Shown piece by piece: positions 58,837 to 64,000 of a stretch of 64,000 nt of DNA. The DNA lies in the NCBI GenBank assembly GCA_965223325.1, contig CBDCWI010000002.1, forward strand, positions 3,360,001-3,424,000, written 5' to 3'. The position numbers were made by a program, and so were the translations under genes. The DNA is from Candidatus Multivoradales bacterium. Lineage in GTDB: Bacteria; Acidobacteriota; Thermoanaerobaculia; Multivoradales; Multivoraceae. Below the pieces are notes generated by a model. That model did no database searches. It worked only from the letters and a program-made list of their open reading frames with translations, and was not told the origin of the DNA. How positions within the stretch are numbered: the stretch's first letter is position 1; each line of letters starts with the position of its first letter.

Positions 58837-58864
58837 ACTATACGCACAACCGAGCGCGGTGCAA
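58837..58864 (-). promoter_or_regulatory. putative sigma70 promoter of the carboxylase-atuA operon with a short dyad in the spacer
   Basis: Minus strand TTGCAC-N16-TATAGT; ACCG-N4-CGGT overlaps the spacer. Confidence 0.5.
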
Positions 58865-58991
58865 GACCGACGGATTGTTGGGCGCCGAAGACACAACCGT
58901 TACCTTTCGTAGCGACTCGCTCGAGCCGGCCCTCCGCGGCTCCGGACAGCCGACCCAGCGAAGAGCCTCGACAACCGACAACTTTTCACCG

Positions 58992-59007
58992 TGGTATGCG
59001 AATTGCT
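58992..59007 (+). promoter_or_regulatory. putative sigma54 (-24/-12) promoter of pilY1 paralog 2
   Basis: TGGTATGCGAATTGCT with GG-N10-GC spacing; an AT-rich tract follows. Confidence 0.65.
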
Positions 59008-59184
59008 AGATATGCAGCGACGGCGATGTATCTCTCGCAACCACCTTGCCCCTATCGACAGACCGAACTAAACTATTAAGTCGCGGGTTTATACATTTTC
59101 GCCTTAACCCGGTTTTTCTGCGCCTTCGCGGCGTGAGGGTCCGCTCTCTATCACCTCCAAGCCCTTCTTGTCGGAGTTATCGAC

Positions 59185-62100
59185 ATGTCTAGAACCTTCC
59201 ACCGAACGCCTGCTCCTCACTCTCTCCTCGCCCGAGTTGAGCTCGTCGTCCTGGCGCTCCTCGCGGCGATGGTCGCAGTTCCTGCAAGTGCAGACGATCG
59301 TGATCTTGTCCGCTCGTCTGGCGGCACGCCCTGGGTCTACCTGATCCTCGATACCTCGGGGTCGATGGATGAGGCCGTCAGCGAGTACGACTGGATCTAC
59401 TGGAAGGAAGACTCGCCGACTTCAAGGGCCTACCAGGCCAAGGCGACAATCTTCGAGATCCTCGAGGACCTGCCCGACAGCGTCAAGATCGGCTTCAACA
59501 CTTTCGGCATGAAGAACATGCGGGCGTGGGAGAAGTCCTGGGGCTACCTGCACGACATGACCGATATTGAGCTCAAGGCTTTGCCCTGGTGGGACTACAT
59601 GGAGTGGCCGACCTACTGGGTCATCAACGGCGGCGACCCACGCGTCCCGGACGATCCCGAAGACATTCACGACTCCTGCGACAACCCGTACGAAGACGGG
59701 GGCGGAAGCGGCGGCAGCGGTCCGTCACGACAGTCCGGACCGAGCGCCGTAGCCGACGGCAGCTGGGTCGAATCGATCAGCGACTATCAGAAGTGGGGCC
59801 CCGACGGCAACGTGTGGACGAAGTTCGCCATCCTCGATGACGATGCAGACGCGCCATGGGACGCGGATGGCGACGGCGAGGTCGCCTACCTGCTGACCTT
59901 CGAGCCACCGGGCCAGCATCTCGACAACGTCATGTACTGGTCCGGCAAGGTGACGGTCGAGAACTGCGAGACCGGACATATCGACGAAGCAACCGTCAAG
60001 TACAGGCCCGCCTTCGAGGAGGATCACAAGGGTAGGCCTCTCCCGAACGTCGCCTACGTCATGTCGATGAGTTCCCAGAACGACTCCGACCCCGACGAGG
60101 ACCCAAACTGCCAAAGCGGTTGGCGCGAGAACAACGAGGACCAGTCGAAGCCAGGTGCGCTCGGCTACCCGACGTTCCCCGACCCAGCCGGCCGCAGTAG
60201 CATCTTTGATCGCGGGCACAACCTGCCCTGGGACTGGAAAACCTTCCCAGACACGACACCCGGCTTCAAGTTCAGCAATCGCGAGGAAGTCATGCGCCGG
60301 TTGGCACCCAACGTATACGCCAGCGGAAGCTACGACCCGTCGACGATCCCGGATTTCCGCATTGGGCCGTATCTCGAGGACTACGTCACCGACTACTACC
60401 ACGTCGAGAAGCCCGAGGTTCTCGAGACTCCCCCCATCGGCTTCACGAGCAACACGCCTCTGGGCCGGTCGCTGTCGAAGTTCCGAACCTGGCACGCTGC
60501 GTGGAAAACCCACGCCGATCTCGCTCTGGGCGCAGGTTCCTTCGAATGTTCTCCGCGCTACGCAATCATGGTCACCGACGGCCTCGATACGTGTGAGAAC
60601 GACAACCCTGCCGACATCGCGGAGCTGCTGCTCGCCGATGGTGTGCGCACCTTCGTCATCGGCTATGGCGACATCGACGATGCGGATTCGTCGTTGCAGG
60701 CGATCGCCGACAAGGGCGGCACCGGCAAGGGCGATTCGATCGAGGACGGTGTCGAAGACTGCACCCACTTCAGCTACAGCAAGCCTGACCCCGACAACCC
60801 TGGTCAAACGATCACCGGCGACGTGTGCGACTTGATGGCGAAGGACACCGAAGCTCTCAAGAGTTCGCTCGAAGCCATCCTGGGCTCGATCTCTTCCAGT
60901 CGCTCGAGCTTCGCCGGAGCCGCGACTCCGAGCGGACAGATCGAAGCAGAAGACGTGATCTACATCCCGAGCTTCCTGCCGATCTTCGAAACCGCTGAGT
61001 GGAAGGGCTCGTTGGCGATGTTTCGACGACCGTTGCCCTTTACCGACGACGCACAGCCGGTGCCAGACTTCTCGGAGGTGTGTGTCGACGACCCGGCGGC
61101 CGATCCACCCACGGCCTGCCTGGCCTGGGATGCCGCCGAGTCGATGCTGTCCCAGGCGGCCTCAGGAATGGACATCGCCGGTGGCGACTTCCGCATCGGC
61201 TACGAAGACACCAACCGACGGGTCTTCTGGAACCGATCCCAGGCCATGATCTACCGCACGCCTCGCACGCTGGCGCTGCTCGAACCGACGCAAGACGACG
61301 ACCCGTTCCCGGCCCTGGCGCGCAACAAGCTGTGGTCAACCCTCGGGCTCAGCCACAATCCGTTCGACCCCAGCGACGACGCCGCCACAGACGCCAAGGC
61401 ACGTGAAATCCTCGGCAACGTTCTAGTCACCAAAACCGGAACCGATGCCGGTGGCGGGCAACACGAGTTCATCCTCGGCGACATCTTTCACTCGCAGCCG
61501 CTCCACGTCGGTCCGCCCACGCGCTACGACTACATGAGCGCCAACCTCTACGGTTCGGGTGACTGCTGGAACGGCACCACCTTCAACACCTCCAACAAAG
61601 GTTACCGCTGCTACTGGATGCGCAACAAGTGGCGTCGCCACGTGACCTTCGTGGGCTCGAACGACGGTCAGCTGCATGCATTCGATGCCGGTCGCGTGCG
61701 CCACAACAACGCCGATAGCGAATTCGATCCACACATGACCACGGGTACTGGCAAGGAGCTCTTTGCCTTCGTGCCCACCGAGATCATGAGGAAGTACGAG
61801 GATCGCTACGACGGCGTGCTCGAACACCAGTGGGGCGTCGACGGCAACCTGGTGCAAGACGACGTCTTCGTCGTCCCGAGCTGGAATGGCATGACGGCCA
61901 TCAACCCCAACAACCGCGAATGGCGGACTCTCGTCATCGGCAGTATGAGGCGCGGTGGCCGCGGCTACTTCGCCCTCGATGTCACAACGCCTGACCCGGT
62001 GACGCCAGATGCCACCACCGGTGAAGTGCTGCCCCCAGACGTGGCCACGCAGGGATACGTGGCCGGCTGCCTCGAGAACCAGCCTTCCGGCTGTGACTCA

Positions 62101-63276
62101 CTGCCCTATCCCGCCCTGCGCTGGGAATTCAGAGACCACGCTGCCGGCGGCGGACCCGCGGACTCCGACGGCAACGGCCACCGGGATCTCGGCTACTCCT
62201 GGTCGACTCCGGTCACCGGTCGCGTCCATCTTGGAACCGACGGGTCGGGCAACGAGATCTACCGTTTTGTCGCCATCTTCGGTGGCGGAATGGACGAGAA
62301 CAACGCCGGGGTCGGCAACTTCATCTACATGGTCGATATCGAGACCGGCAAGGTGCTCTACAAGGAGGCCGTCACTGCAGCCGTACCCAGCAAGGTCGCA
62401 GCGGTCGACGTCAATCGCGATGCGGTGCTCGACCTGGTCTACGTCGGCGACGTCGACGGACACCTCTACAAGATCGACATGACCGAAGACGCCACCCTGG
62501 ATGCCAACGGCAAGATCAACGACGTCGACTGGAAGCCGTTCGAGATCTTCGACGCTGAGGGGCGCCCCTTCTACCACCCGCCGACCTTGATCTGGTCTGC
62601 CCAGAACAATTCGCACGCCGTCGCCATCGGCAGCGGCAACCGCGAGGACCTCTGGGCGCCGGCCACGGCCACTCAAGCGTTGTTCGTCTTCATGGATCCG
62701 GGCTGGGACAACTCCCTGGCCGCGCCCTTCAAGCAGGCAGACCTCCACCTCCTCGGTACCGATCCCGAGACTGACGCCATCCTCACCGAGCCGCCAGGCC
62801 TGGCTACCCTCTCGGGCTACGCCCTCGAGTTCGCCAGCAACGAGCGCATGATCTCCCAGGTCTTCGCACTCTCGGGCTTTCTCACCTTCACAACCTACAA
62901 CCCGACGGTCGTCGCTTCGTCGATCACAGGGTGTGGCGCTTCGGGAACCAGCAACCTGTACACGATCCGCGCGACCAACGGCAATCCGCTGCTGACAGGC
63001 GGAGATCGCTTCCGCACGGTCAGCGGCTACGTTTCGAACCCGTTCTCGGCTCCGAGCCCGTCGAACGGACCAACCAACGGTACGACGCCTGACGGTACGA
63101 CCAACCCACCTGAGAACTTCGACGACGTCATCGACTATCTCAAGTCGCAGATGCCCGAGAACTGCCGATTCACCAACAAGCGGATCGATATCAAGGCAGT
63201 CCGGTCGGACACCGGCATGGAGTGGCTCGCGCCGGTACCCGTCTGCGTCCGCAGGAGCAACTGGAAACAGTTCTAG
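59185..63276 (+). CDS. pilY1: PilY1/PilC-like type IV pilus tip adhesin, paralog 2
   Basis: Signal peptide; ILDTSGS...TPLG...VTDG; LGDIFHSQP, GSNDGQLHAFDAG, GKELFAFVP, GVDG, LGYSWSTP; Ca-loop DVNRDAVLD. Confidence 0.9.
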   Translation: MSRTFHRTPAPHSLLARVELVVLALLAAMVAVPASADDRDLVRSSGGTPWVYLILDTSGSMDEAVSEYDWIYWKEDSPTSRAYQAKATIFEILEDLPDSVKIGFNTFGMKNMRAWEKSWGYLHDMTDIELKALPWWDYMEWPTYWVINGGDPRVPDDPEDIHDSCDNPYEDGGGSGGSGPSRQSGPSAVADGSWVESISDYQKWGPDGNVWTKFAILDDDADAPWDADGDGEVAYLLTFEPPGQHLDNVMYWSGKVTVENCETGHIDEATVKYRPAFEEDHKGRPLPNVAYVMSMSSQNDSDPDEDPNCQSGWRENNEDQSKPGALGYPTFPDPAGRSSIFDRGHNLPWDWKTFPDTTPGFKFSNREEVMRRLAPNVYASGSYDPSTIPDFRIGPYLEDYVTDYYHVEKPEVLETPPIGFTSNTPLGRSLSKFRTWHAAWKTHADLALGAGSFECSPRYAIMVTDGLDTCENDNPADIAELLLADGVRTFVIGYGDIDDADSSLQAIADKGGTGKGDSIEDGVEDCTHFSYSKPDPDNPGQTITGDVCDLMAKDTEALKSSLEAILGSISSSRSSFAGAATPSGQIEAEDVIYIPSFLPIFETAEWKGSLAMFRRPLPFTDDAQPVPDFSEVCVDDPAADPPTACLAWDAAESMLSQAASGMDIAGGDFRIGYEDTNRRVFWNRSQAMIYRTPRTLALLEPTQDDDPFPALARNKLWSTLGLSHNPFDPSDDAATDAKAREILGNVLVTKTGTDAGGGQHEFILGDIFHSQPLHVGPPTRYDYMSANLYGSGDCWNGTTFNTSNKGYRCYWMRNKWRRHVTFVGSNDGQLHAFDAGRVRHNNADSEFDPHMTTGTGKELFAFVPTEIMRKYEDRYDGVLEHQWGVDGNLVQDDVFVVPSWNGMTAINPNNREWRTLVIGSMRRGGRGYFALDVTTPDPVTPDATTGEVLPPDVATQGYVAGCLENQPSGCDSLPYPALRWEFRDHAAGGGPADSDGNGHRDLGYSWSTPVTGRVHLGTDGSGNEIYRFVAIFGGGMDENNAGVGNFIYMVDIETGKVLYKEAVTAAVPSKVAAVDVNRDAVLDLVYVGDVDGHLYKIDMTEDATLDANGKINDVDWKPFEIFDAEGRPFYHPPTLIWSAQNNSHAVAIGSGNREDLWAPATATQALFVFMDPGWDNSLAAPFKQADLHLLGTDPETDAILTEPPGLATLSGYALEFASNERMISQVFALSGFLTFTTYNPTVVASSITGCGASGTSNLYTIRATNGNPLLTGGDRFRTVSGYVSNPFSAPSPSNGPTNGTTPDGTTNPPENFDDVIDYLKSQMPENCRFTNKRIDIKAVRSDTGMEWLAPVPVCVRRSNWKQF

Positions 63277-63378
63277 CACCTCACGAACTCGATTGGCGAC
63301 CACGCCTGGAGCGATGAGGCTCCCGACCAACCTGCGGGACATCGGTCCAGCCACCACACCCATGAAGGTCACTCGTTG

Positions 63379-64000
63379 ATGAAGCGACACGGCGAAGGCG
63401 GCAAACACAAGTTCACCGCATGGCAAGGTGCAGTGCTTCTTGTCTTGACGCTCAGCCTCTCGACGATGCCAGCTGCGGCCGACGACCGCGACCTCGTCCG
63501 GTCCTCGGGGGGAACACCATGGGTCTACCTGCTGCTCGACAGTTCGGGATCGATGGACGAACACGCCGACCCGGCCCACAAAGTCTACTGGTACGAAGAC
63601 TCTCCGACCTCCAAGGCCTACCTCGCCAAGAAGACGATCTACGAAATCGTCGAGGACCTCGACGACAGTGTCAAGATCGGGTTCAACACTTTCGGCCAGA
63701 AGAACATCCGCGCCTGGCAGAAGTCCTGGGGCTATGTCGCCGACATGACCGAGGCAGAACGCAAGGCGCTCCCATGGTGGTCCTATCTCGAGTGGCCCAC
63801 GCACTGGACCATCAACGGCGGAGACCGGCGCGAGAGTGACACCTACGATTCGTGCGACAACCCGACGCCCCCAAACGGAGGAGGCAGCGGCGGCCCCGGG
63901 CGCGTGGTCGAGCGGTACGGCTTCTGGGATTTCGTTTCCGGCCTCGACAGCGCCAACAAGTGGTCACCAGCTGGTACCGAAATCACCAAAGTGGCGGTAA
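63379..64000 (+). CDS. pilY1: PilY1-like protein, paralog 3 (5' part; runs off window edge)
   Basis: Not in the ORF track. MKRHGEGGKHKFTAWQGAVLLVLTLSLSTMPAAA-DDRDLVRSSGGTPWVYLLLDSSGSMDE... is closely similar to paralog 2 and stays open to the window end. Confidence 0.85.
   Translation, partial: MKRHGEGGKHKFTAWQGAVLLVLTLSLSTMPAAADDRDLVRSSGGTPWVYLLLDSSGSMDEHADPAHKVYWYEDSPTSKAYLAKKTIYEIVEDLDDSVKIGFNTFGQKNIRAWQKSWGYVADMTEAERKALPWWSYLEWPTHWTINGGDRRESDTYDSCDNPTPPNGGGSGGPGRVVERYGFWDFVSGLDSANKWSPAGTEITKVAV

Noticed and set aside
59185-64000. Diversity-generating retroelement acting on pilY1
   Set aside because: No RT gene is present, and differences between paralogs are not adenine-specific.

Overview
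High-GC bacterial chromosome segment, most likely Acidobacteriota. This is inferred from two PadR + duplicated-orphan-permease (ADOP) pairs. Positions 1-10 kb are housekeeping and envelope genes: a probable ATP synthase b-type gene start, RDD, TPR, mpl, DUF1573, an amidase-GerMN-murI-rph operon and tRNA-Arg(ACG). Positions 10-47 kb hold transport and catabolic genes: ADOP permeases, AcuI-type reductase, thiolase, acyl-CoA dehydrogenase, group III truncated globin, MscS, a complete peptide/nickel-type ABC system, a sphingosine-1-phosphate-lyase-like enzyme, a DUF2157-GDYXXLXY pair and an Ntn acylase. At 16.7-18.6 kb there is a small decayed island bounded by a 50-bp duplication of a gene end, containing a 216-bp MITE-like element. 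The right end is the most unusual part. tRNA-Glu(CTC) is followed by seven ~93-bp tandem units, each carrying a modified copy of the tRNA 3' end plus hairpins. Three large PilY1-like paralogs follow (the third is partial and absent from the ORF track) with no pilin genes beside them in this window. Two of them have sigma54-type promoters, and an AtuA/acyl-CoA carboxylase operon sits between them. All calls come from reading motifs by eye; no searches were run.
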